Positions 26,188-35,825 of a DNA stretch of 42,459 nucleotides are shown here, one piece after another; the stretch's first letter is position 1; each line of letters opens with the position of its first letter. Position numbers and translations under genes: made by a program. This stretch comes from Malacoraja senta. Lineage: Eukaryota. The notes under the pieces are model-generated. The model saw only the letters and a program-made list of their open reading frames with translations, was not told the origin of the DNA and made no database searches. The stretch lies in contig JAXLNO010000079.1 in NCBI GenBank assembly GCA_038087875.1, positions 496,001-538,459 of the forward strand, given 5' to 3'.

Positions 26188-27365
26188 TGAGGCAGAAAAG
26201 AACTGGGTGGAGACCCGAGATAGGAGTTGGATGGATTACGTCTGTAAAAGAGGGATTGAATTGAGGAATAAAGATGGAACTATTAAGGATGGAAAGTACT
26301 TCAGATGGAATGCCAGTGGGCAGAGGAATAGGAGATAAGGGCTAAGGCAGAGAAAGAAAACGCTGATAAGAGTTCGGAGAACAAACCCGGTACTGGTCAG
26401 TCCTCTATAGACCCTATGAGGGCATGGCGACCCTGTCTATAGAAGAAGGGATAGGTGGCCAATCACAATCTGGATCACTGTTCAATCACAGCTCGGACCA
26501 CTCCCAATTTGAACATTACCCCGCCCACCATTACAATAAACTACTCCCTTTGTTCATTTTAAAATGTCACTCCAACAAGAAGACAACTTTTGCAAGCCCT
26601 CCCAGAGTCCCAGTTCACAAAGTCTCCCAGGGGAATGCCCTAGCTTACGAATTCTGCAAATTGGCCTCCACAGAAACAATGATTCTTTTAAACAGAACGG
26701 CGTCATCAGACAAGGGAGGGGAATGTAAAGTTAATAGAGAGACGTCTCTAATGTGCCACGCGATTTTTTTGGAAACGAGGGGGCTGCGCCACTTTGGCTA
26801 ACTCCTCTCGGATAAATTTGTGTACCTGATGTATGTTTTGCCCGTCTTTTGTACGTTTTCTTTTAATGTTCGAAGGGAAGTATTTGTTCTAAACCCAAAG
26901 CTCTCTCAATATATTCTAGGATGTTCTTTCAAGTTGTCACTCATCCAAGTTCTGTGCCTTAGCAGACTTGATAGATCTTCACGTTCTTTCGAGTTGTCAC
27001 TCATCCAAGTTCTGTCCCTTATCAGACTAGAGAGCTCACTGTTCTTTTCAAGGCCAAGCTGCCGAGATACTTGCAGCTCTATGTGCAGGAGTTCGCTTTG
27101 TTTCATTTCTCCCAAAGCCTATCGGGATACTTGACATCCAGTCGCAGGCTATATTTATATATTCATATGTATGCCCCTTTTGATGAAATAGTCCATGTCC
27201 GATGAAATAGGATGTCATTGAATGAGCTTGCAATCTATGAAAATTAATTGCTTATTCTTTGTTTTCTCTTAACTTTAAGTTTATTTTCATCCTATTTCTT
27301 ACCTTTTGAATTGAGTTCAAATAGAGACCTGAATTCCACGATGGCCATGTGGCATCCAGGTAGAT

Positions 27366-27756
27366 AATAATAATAATAATAATGGATTGGATTTATATAG
27401 CGCCTTTCTAATACCCAAGGCGCTTTACATCGCATTATTCATTCACTCCTCAGTCACACTCGGTGGTGGTGAGCTACTTCTGTAGCCACAGCTGCCCTGG
27501 GGCAGACTGACGGAAGCGTGGCTGCTAATTTGCGCCTACGGCCCCTCCGACCACCACCAATCACTCACACACATTCACACACATTCACACACATTCACAC
27601 ACATTCACACGCAGGCAAAGGTGGGTGAAGTGTCTTGCCCAAGGACACAACGACAGTATGCACTCCAAGCGGGATTCGAACCGGCTACCTTCCGGTTGCC
27701 AGCCGAACACTTAGCCCATTGCGCCATCTGTCGTCCTACTGCGCCATCTGTCGTCC
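27366..27756 (-). mobile_element. tRNA-derived CORE-SINE (AFC-like) with L2-type tail
   Basis: On minus: A box TGGCGCAATGG, B box GGTTCGAATCC, CORE GTGTCCTTGGGCAAGACACTTCACC, tail GTAAAGCGCCTTG..AAGGCGCTATATAAAT+(TTA)n. TAGAT TSD and a 17-bp 5' duplication. Confidence 0.85.
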
Positions 27757-27884
27757 TAGATGTGTTAGATGAGATTGGAGATGCCTTTATCTCAGAACAA
27801 AATCTGTTAATTTGAAATTGTAAATTTGGGGAGATAGATTGGAACAATAGGGAATATTTTTAAATTGTTTTAAAAAAAAACATC

Positions 27885-28147
27885 AGCGATGAATTAATTA
27901 CATACGCACAGCAATTAAGCACAACCTTGTCAGTTTTGCATTCACAGGGGTTGAAAACGCAGAAGCCACTGCCAGTTGAACATAGACACAGTCCATACTA
28001 CTGGGAGACTACATACTAATAAGGCACTGGGATCGGACAAAATTGGGACTGTGTTGGAGGGGACTGTACCAAGTGCTACTACGACACAAACCGCCGTGAA
28101 GATTGAAGATTACCCCCGTTGGAGACATCTGATATGATTGACTGTAA
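27885..28147 (+). pseudogene. Retroviral integrase C-terminal remnant
   Basis: YAQQLSTTLSVLHSQ..DYILIRHWDRTKLG.CW.GLYQVL..TQTAVKIEDYPRWRH (frameshifted), matching the W.GPY.VLLTT.TAVKV....WIH motif of gamma/epsilon-like integrases. Confidence 0.8.
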
Positions 28148-28148
28148 A

Positions 28149-28300
28149 TGGAGGAGAACCAAGAAACGACTATTGATCCTCCTTTTTATCCTGAGGTTGG
28201 CCCAGATGGGCTGGACGTGGGGAACAACCCCTGCACCAAGACGTTTATAACACTTCCCAAGATGGATCCATTACCACATGTTCTTGAAGTAACCAGAAAA
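28149..28300 (+). pseudogene. env N-terminal remnant (signal peptide-like)
   Basis: [23 protein letters not shown] directly after integrase. Confidence 0.5.
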
Positions 28301-28314
28301 AGGTGGCAGCTTAT

Positions 28315-28607
28315 CCCGGAACTACAGACCGAGCTGAAACAGATAACAAATGTGCTCACCAATGCCCAGTCTGAAAATGACCATCTCGCTTCCAACACAC
28401 AGCAGCTGAAGCAGAGCAATCAGGTTGTGGAGTTGAAAAGCCTTGATTTTGGAGTGCAACTCAGTTACAGAACTGGATTGAGGTAAATCCCAGCTGGGAT
28501 CAAAGTGAGGAGCTGAGTTGGGATGGATCAGACAGACAGTTCGCATTGATGGAGAAGGAAGAAGAATGCTGGTTTCACACGCTGATGGACAACTTGGGAG
28601 AAAGAAC
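28315..28607 (+). pseudogene. Captured CRACR2/RAB44-family cDNA, left fragments
   Basis: [32 protein letters not shown] (coiled coil), then EEECWFHTLMDNLGE, similar to CRACR2A EEAQFRMLMDRLGA. Confidence 0.6.
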
Positions 28608-29242
28608 GACAACATTTGTGAAAAGTACATTTGTGATGAATGGGGACAGACTTTCAAACAGCAGAAACACCTGTCAGTTCACCAACTGCGCCATACTGGA
28701 GCAAAACCTTTGCAGTGTGAAGTTTGTGGTTTCCAGTGCAGGCAAAGAGCATTCTTGAAATACCATATGACCAAGCACAAGGCAGAAGCTGAACTTAAAT
28801 TTGCTTGTGATCAATGTGAGAAGCGGTTCAGAAAGGCTCACAATTTGAATGTTCATATGTCCATGGTTCATCCCTTGATCCAGAATACAGATAAAAACAA
28901 ACCTACTGAAATTGAATCGTCAGCTAAGTATAGAAACATTAATTAAGCAGGAACCCAGTTAATAGTTATTCAACAGCTAAATGATGAGTCTAAAGAATCT
29001 TGCACCCTTTTTCAGTGTCAGCAAGACACAAAGGATTGACATGAATAAATGCAATCAAGGCTTGCTCACCTAAAATAGGTAGAACAAAGGAAAGGTTAGT
29101 CTGGAGAATATAGTTCTGAGCATTATAGCACACCAGTTCCAGAGACAAAGTCCAATGTCTGCAATGGGGTAGAGGTGAATCAGGCAGAATGCTAGCAATT
29201 GGAAGGACTGTTCAGAACTCTGATAACAGAGGGGAAGAAGCT
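28608..29242 (+). pseudogene. ZNF276: Captured ZNF276 cDNA, 3' part (last three C2H2 fingers + 3'UTR)
   Basis: YICDEWGQTFKQQKHLSVHQLRHTGAKPLQCEVCGFQCRQRAFLKYHMTKHKAEAELKFACDQCEKRFRKAHNLNVHMSMVHPL, intronless. Confidence 0.9.
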
Positions 29243-30452
29243 AGTTGGTGTTGTGGTGAGGTAGGATTCCACTTTGCCACAGTATATCTGTAGGAACTGT
29301 CACGCTCATTTTTATAAGTGTTGGACTATCTTGAAAAACGTAATTCAAAAAGTAAATACTTCACCAGTAGCTACAGTACAACATGGACAAAAGGCTAGCA
29401 GATGTGTTGCAGCAACTGAACAATCTCCATTAAGAAATTCTGTGTCTGGTGACTTTAAGCAGATGTTAAACGACGGTTTCTTGGTTGCAAGCCCACAGGG
29501 TCTACAGATTTTGGTCACCTGGGCTCACCATCATGGTAGTAGCTGTGGTTCTCAGCCACATGTACAGAGTGTTTTAAAAGCAGAGTATCGAGGAGTAGTC
29601 GGTGCTGTGTAGGGGTGTCCAGAGAGCCACAGTTACATCCTGGACATGCCTTCAAGTCGCAGCATTGTTTTGAATGAGGGACAGTGCCCATCCAGTAGAA
29701 ATAAGGACTCAATGGAGGAAGTTCTGGATGGTTCAATAACCCTTTCACCTCGGAATGGAACAGTGACTGAAAATGGTGAGGGTGATAATGTTGCGAAACA
29801 TCAACCTGTCCCAGTGTTAGCAGACTTTCAGCCTTGTACATACAGTGGAGCTACTTCACGGTCGGTGGATGTGGACAACTCAGAATCCCCCTTGAAGAAG
29901 GATATGTTCTTGCGCTCAGATCCTGAATATACAGAGTGCTCTTGGGAAAAAGTTTAGGTACAAGATGCAACTCAACCATTAAATGTGAAAAAAAAACAGT
30001 TAACTGCAATGAAGCATCTTGTTCTATAAGAAATGATGTTGCGGATGGATTGGAGTCCAGTGATCTTTCTGAAAGGTATTTATCAAGTGAAGATGACAGA
30101 GAAATGAAAGTTAAGAATGGCTCTTCAGATGAGTCTTTTCAACCATATTGGAAGAAGAAGAGTAAGTTACCAGTTAAGGTGTAATATTAAGGATGTGAAG
30201 AAACACTGGACAAAAACGTGGCCTGAAACCAAAGTCAAACTTAGAAAGGGAAGACTTCCCCACCGTGTATCGATGTCAGTATAAGGGTTGCTGTGCTGTT
30301 TACAGAGGAGTTGACGGACTTAAGAAACACATACAAGAGCAGCATGAAGAGGTGCGTGAAAGACCTTGCCCCCACCCAGGATGTAACAAGGTGTTTCTGA
30401 TTGATCACTACCTGCAGCGTCATGTAAATCTGATCCATACAGAAAAAAGAAC
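29235..30452 (+). pseudogene. ZNF276: Captured ZNF276 cDNA, 5' part (zf-AD domain to second finger)
   Basis: LVGVVVR*DSTLPQYICRNCHAHFYKC..; LVTWAHHHGSSC; YRCQYKGCCAVYRGVDGLKKHIQEQHEEVRERPCPHPGCNKVFLIDHYLQRHVNLIHTE. Intronless, with stops and frameshifts. Confidence 0.9.
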
Positions 30453-30615
30453 ATCTTTACAGATCAGGATGAAGTGCAAAGCCTTTGGTCACAACTTCAG
30501 AAAGACAAACCACATTTGATCAACAATCTTGAAGCATTTTGAGCTCTATCGTATGACCAAGGGTCTAGAGAGAGAGAAGCTGAACATTTTGAAACAGATG
30601 GACCTCTTGAAAGAG
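30447..30615 (+). pseudogene. Captured CRACR2/RAB44-family cDNA, right fragments
   Basis: KNIFTDQDEVQSLWSQLQKDKPHLINNLEAF (cf. CRACR2A VKQLWLQLKKEEPHLLSNFEDF) and ELYRMTKGLEREKLNILKQMDLLKE (cf. EVYRVTESLQREKAGLLKQLDFLRE). Confidence 0.75.
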
Positions 30616-31365
30616 ATTATGCATAACCCTATCCAGGAAGACAATGACTCAGACCCGGTGGGTAATCAGTGTGATGACAATTAGGACATTGATGAGGATG
30701 GCAATGACGGCATTTCTGATGAGAAGGACAATTGCCGTTTTGTTCCCAACCCTGACCAGATCGATGCTAATGGTGACAGCAGAGGAGACACCTGCAAGGA
30801 CGACTTTGACAACAACATCCCAGATATCTATGTCATGTGCCCTGAGAACAGCGGCATTACTGAGACTGACCTGAGGAAGTTCCAAAGGGGATGATGCAGA
30901 TCGTTCCTAACTGGGTAGTGCGCAACAAGAGCAGGAATTTACTGTAGACCGCCAACTCCGACACTGGCCTTGCTGTCGGATTCGAGGAGTTCAACGCCAT
31001 CAACTTCAGTGGCATCTTCTACGTCAACACAGACCACAATCTACGCTGGCTTTGTCTTTGGCTTCCAGTCCAGCAGCCGCTTCTACGTGGTGATGTGGAA
31101 CCAGGCCACCTAAAACCTACTGGAAGGAGAAGCTGTCCAAACCAATGGATACGCTAGCGTCGCGCTCAAGGTGGTGAACGCCACCACAGGCCGAGAGGGG
31201 AGGGGGAACACCTGTGCAACGCTCTCCGAAGAGACTGGCAACACCCTCGGACAGGTGCGAACTTTATGGCACAACCCTAATATCGGCTGAAAGGATTACA
31301 CAGCCTACAGCTGGCACCTGATCCATCGACCCTAAACAAGCTTCATCAGGATGGTTGTCAATGAA
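30616..31365 (+). pseudogene. THBS2: Captured thrombospondin (THBS2-like) cDNA: type-3 repeats + C-terminal lectin domain
   Basis: [113 protein letters not shown]. Intronless and decayed. Confidence 0.85.
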
Positions 31366-31542
31366 GAGAGTGAGAACTGGTTGCCATACCATTGGTTTGA
31401 TGGACTTTGGGGTACTATTGAACTGTAGCCATACCTTTGGTTTGGTGGACTTTGGGGTACTGTGATACATTATGGCTCTATTATTCTGCTATTCATTGCT
31501 CTAATGCTTGCGACCATTGTCTGTACCTACCGAGGATTGTGA
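31366..31542 (+). pseudogene. env membrane-proximal region and transmembrane anchor
   Basis: ENWLPYHWFDGLWGT[IEL*PYLWFGGLWGT]VIHYGSIILLFIALMLATIVCTYRGL*: Trp-rich segment, then a hydrophobic helix, just before the PPT. Contains a 45-bp tandem duplication. Confidence 0.7.
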
Positions 31543-31559
31543 ATGTTATAATGTTTGAT

Positions 31560-31572
31560 AAAAAGGAGGGAA
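31560..31572 (+). promoter_or_regulatory. Polypurine tract
   Basis: AAAAAGGAGGGAA abutting the 3' LTR. Confidence 0.9.
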
Positions 31573-32109
31573 TGAAAGAGCTAATAGTCAAATCTAAAAT
31601 GGAGTCATTCTTCCACAAAAGCATGGTCTAGTAGAACAAAAGAATGGCTCGGTGCCAAGTCTGAATGATTTGCAAATTATATGGAACACAATATGGAGGA
31701 CAGGTTATCTTTTTAATAAAGACATTAAGATGGAAACCTGCTTAATAACATGTGCTCTTTTAAGGGCATAAAGAAGACAAGATTGAAAAAAATAGCTGAC
31801 GCTCCAGAGATAAGTAATAACTTGTTATTGGATGAGCTTGATTTGGACCCAGCTTTTCCTATATTCTGGAAGGCTATAGAATCTTTCAATCATGCCATAT
31901 TCAGACTTGGTAGGAGTGTTTTACTGATAAGAAAAATGTATAATTGTGCTAACTTTCCTTTGTTCTGTGAGTGGAGCCCGAGAACCACTGAGCAACATTT
32001 GTGCTCATTGTAGATCTTGCCACTCCCATCTGACGAATCAATTAAGATTGCCATGGTTTACCTTAAACAATTTTGTTGCTATCTGCTTTTTAAGAGACGA
32101 ACTTTGACA
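31573..32109 (+). repeat. 3' LTR
   Basis: Direct repeat of 17239-17769, followed by CTCT. Confidence 0.95.
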
Positions 32110-32355
32110 CTCTCACCCCATGAGGTAAGTAGAATGGATTTGTTCAGTGGATAGTGACATAAAGGTGTGATCATGAGTGAGTCAACATCATGCAGGTAGT
32201 TTTTCAGAAGACTCACCCTTTGCAGCTGGGGAGAGACTGCAGAGAAAATAAGGAAACCAACTGAAACTCTGTGATGCAGTGGATCTTTCAAATTAAGTCC
32301 TGATGTAGTGTGTGCAGTTCTGATCATCCATCCCATTGCAGGATGTGAAATCTTA

Positions 32356-33352
32356 GGAGGGTGCAGAAGAGGTTTACCAGAATGCTGCTTGCATTAGAGT
32401 GTATTAGCTGTAAGTAGAGTAGGAAGGAACTGCAGATGCTGGTTTAAATTGAAGGTGGACACAAAATGCTGGTGTAACTCAGCGGGTCAGGCAGCATCTC
32501 TGGAGAAAAGGAATGGGTGATGTTTCGGGTCGGGTCTGAAGAAGGGTCTCGACCCGAATCGTCACCGTTCCTTCTCTCCAGAGATGCTGCCTGACCCGCT
32601 GAGTTACTCCAGCATTTTGTGTCTACCTTAGCTGCAAGTAGAGGTGGGACAAACTTACTTTTTTTTTCTCTGGAACGTTGGAGGCTGATGAGAGACCTAA
32701 CACAAGTATATCTATTTCTGAGAGGCATAGATAGAGTAGTCAGAATCTTTTGCTAGGGTGGAAATATTAGAGACTAGAGGACATTAATGCTTTGATAGGA
32801 ATAGGAATAATTTATTGTCACATGTGACTAGGCACAGTGATATTGTTTGCTTGCATACACAATGTATACAAATAGCAGCCACCTACGCCGCTGACAAAGT
32901 TACAAAGCATGCCGGCTCCTCCTTTTGTTCCCCCAAAAGTTCCTCCATGCTGGGTCCCCATTGTCCTTGGTCCCCCCCCCATTGTCCATTGTTCTCCCCC
33001 CCTCCCTCACGACAGTCGCCCCACACCGGGTCCTCCATTGTTCTTCCCCTCCCCCCCTCACGGTGGTCCTCCACTCTCTCATCGACCGCGGGTAGGAGGG
33101 ATAAAATTTACAGATATGCCAGACAAGTTTTTTTACACGTGCAGTGGTGGTTGCCTGGGACACACTGCCAGAGATGGTTGTTGAGGCAGATATGGTAGTG
33201 GCAATTAATAAGCTTGCCACTACCGGCATGTGAATGCTCATGGAAAGGAGGGACATGGATTACGTGCAGGCAGAAGAAATTAGTTTAATCTGGCACCATG
33301 TTCAGCACAGAAATTGTGTGCCAAAGGACCTATCCCTGTGCTATATGTTCTA
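32356..33352 (+). mobile_element. Old CR1 3' fragment with two nested inserts (Penelope-like inverted ends 32420-32630; minus-strand retroposon tail ~32795-33092)
   Basis: 'gggtgcagaagaggtttaccagaatgctg', 'ttttctctggaacgttggaggctga', 'agactagaggaca', and a 3' tail at ~33340. Confidence 0.7.
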
Positions 33353-33967
33353 TGATGATGTGCAGTTACTAGATTTAGGGAGATAGATACTGCTGTCTGC
33401 AACTGCAAATGTATATTCAAAAGGTTGTGTTGCCTGCCAGCTGAATAAGGATGCTACTGCAGTATAAAAAATGAGTGACGATAATCTGTCTGACAAGAAA
33501 GGGCCGAGTGTACAAAGGACAAAGGACATTTATTTTTCACGTACACCAATTGGTGCAGTGAAATTTGTCTGCATCTTCAAATAGAATCAGAGTAGGGAAA
33601 AAGATAAAATTAAAGGCTATTTACGGCGGCATGTAGCATTTGCAACAAGATGAAATTTAAATAATTCTGATAGCTATTTCCAAGATATTTATGTGGTGAC
33701 CCAGGCTGAGAAGGATACACAGATAGGAAGGTTGGCTCTGATAAAAAAAGTATAAGATTGCCATAGGAGTGAGAAATAATCTGGACTCAGAAGCTCAAAG
33801 TATGGAATCAATTTGGGTGGAGACAGGAAATAGCAATATTTGTTCTTTGATGAGGTCGGAGTATAATTCAAAAACATGTTTAGGGCTTGCAAGCTAGATA
33901 TTGCAATGATCATGTGTGCCCTCAATGTTCGTGTTGAGATGAGGAAACAGATCATATGGTGGATGCT

Positions 33968-34125
33968 GGTAGACAAAAATGCTGGAGAAACTCAGCGGGT
34001 GAGGCAGTATCTATGGAGCGAAGGATTAGGCGACGCTCCATAGATGCTGCCTCACCCGCTGAGTTTCTCCAGCAGTTTTGTCTACCTTCGATTTTTCCAG
34101 CATCTGCAGTTCTTTGTTAAACATA
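33968..34125. mobile_element. Inverted pair of Penelope-like terminal repeats
   Basis: 33968-34019 is the near-perfect reverse complement of 34035-34086. Confidence 0.65.
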
Positions 34126-34723
34126 CAGTGGATGCTGGATAGTTTCTTAGAATATGTTGTGGCCATTTTACATTTTCTCATTAATAATTATACATTGTTA
34201 CCTTAGAATGAATACCCTGGAGAAAAATGGGGTAACGTTCTATGTTCCCTCCAGAACCTGTGTCAAGCTCTTGAGTCAAGGTACTGCTCACCTGTGGACT
34301 TTGCCAGGATGTTGACCTCCTAACCTATTCCAGAATAGTTAATAAAATAATAAAATCACTCTGGGACAGGGAATATTGGTTTTTTTTTAAACATTGGCAA
34401 CAATAAACAGTTGTCTATGGTGGAGCGTGGTGTTGTGTTCAAAGCGAGAGTTCTTCTTTCATAAACACTAGTCCGAGCAAAAAACAAACTGCTGGGAATG
34501 GGACACGAGTGCTGCAAATGGCGGGTCAGCGCCGTGCGCCACGGCTGGTGTCCGCTCCCCCCGAGGTACATCTCCATCAAAGATGATGGACTTGATCTCT
34601 ATCGCCCGCATCTGCGGTCCGGCCGCTTCCCACTGTCATAATCGGGGTCCCACTGTCATAATTTCTTGTTGGAAGCGAATTAAAACAAAACTGTTCTACA
34701 TCGGGCCGGCACGGGTTTGAATT

Positions 34724-35679
34724 GGCCCACATCTGTTTTTGCTTTACATAAACGACATCCATGAAAAAGTCGCAAGCACGACCAGACTATTCGCTGATGA
34801 TTGTTTGCTGTACCGTCCAATTAAGTCAGCTGATGATGAAGATGCTCTCCAAAAGGATCTCGATACAATGGTTGAGTGGTCACACCAATGGGGCATGCAG
34901 TTCAACCCTTGCAAATGTGAAACCATGCGTGTCACCAGAAAGAGGAATCCAGGCGAAACATCGTACAATATACTTGGTACCACCCTTGAAGAATCCAAAC
35001 AAACCAAGTATCTTGGCATCAAATTGCAGAATGATCTGCGTTGGAATGGTCAGACTCATCATGCAACGGTGAAAGCAACAGGTGTCCTAAATTTTCTGAG
35101 GCGCAACTTTCATCATTGTTCAACTTCTGTCAAGGAGAAGCTATACTTCACCCTCATTAGACCTCATTTGGACTACGCAGTTGCAGCATGGGACCCATAC
35201 ACAAATAAAAACATTTCTTCCATCGAACGTGTCCAAAGACAGGCAGCTCGATTTGTTACTAACACCTATGAGAGAGAAGCGAGTGTTACCAAACTTCTGA
35301 ATTCTCTGGGGTGGAACCCTCTCCAAGACAGACGTGAAGCTCACCGTTTGACCTGTTTTTACAAAATGTTAAATGGTCAGCTCAACATAGATTACAAGAC
35401 CTACACCAAACCCAAACCAATTAAGAGCAGACGAGGGCATTCGATCCAATTTGTGATTCCAGCTACCAAGACAGATGTGTACAGCAATTCATTCTTCCCC
35501 CGCACAATTAAAGCATGGAATAATCTCCACCCTACTTTAGTTACCCAACCAGATGCAACTACATTTAAGGTAGCTCTTTCTTCCCAAAAACCCTTTCTGG
35601 CTTAAGTCCCCCCTCCACCACCTCCAGTTTAAATTCCATTTGGAATATTTTGGAGGACCAAGAAACCAAGAACCAAGAA
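34724..35679 (+). mobile_element. 5'-truncated CR1-group LINE of a non-vertebrate-like lineage
   Basis: Open frame GPHLFLLYIND..RLFADDCLLYR..WGMQFN..KC..RPHLDYA..WDPY..SFFPRTIKAWN to stop 35605. (CCAAGAA)n tail and GAATT TSD (34719-34723, 35680-35684). Confidence 0.9.
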
Positions 35680-35825
35680 GAATTCAAATATTGCCATGAC
35701 GACGAACCGCCAACCGCCGCCCTGAGGCGGGCCCCCGGGGACGATGGACAGTTGCCTGGGCTAATCGGAGCACGCGCTGGCTGCAGGAGGTTCCCGCGAA
35801 GCAAGGACCTGACTGAGGGAGAGGT

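Larger units (their letters stand above)
18256..26420 (+). pseudogene. ERV gag N-terminus (18256-18333 + 26070-~26420), split by DIRS-B
   Basis: Removing DIRS-B gives the frame (M)GNNLDKSDGKTAVQHMSYLCHKNNKDYRILNYKLTKRLSDESWPVGEIW, matrix-like with a WPxxG-type motif. The start lacks one G, and a (GA)n tract follows. Confidence 0.65.
17239..32109 (+). mobile_element. Defective endogenous retrovirus carrying transduced host cDNA
   Basis: Two ~530-bp direct repeats with TG..CA ends, CTCT TSD (17235-17238, 32110-32113), PBS, PPT, and gag/IN/env remnants. Confidence 0.93.

Noticed and set aside
28518..31365. Functional ZNF276 or THBS2 genes
   Set aside because: Intronless, permuted, truncated, with stops and frameshifts, and located inside LTRs.
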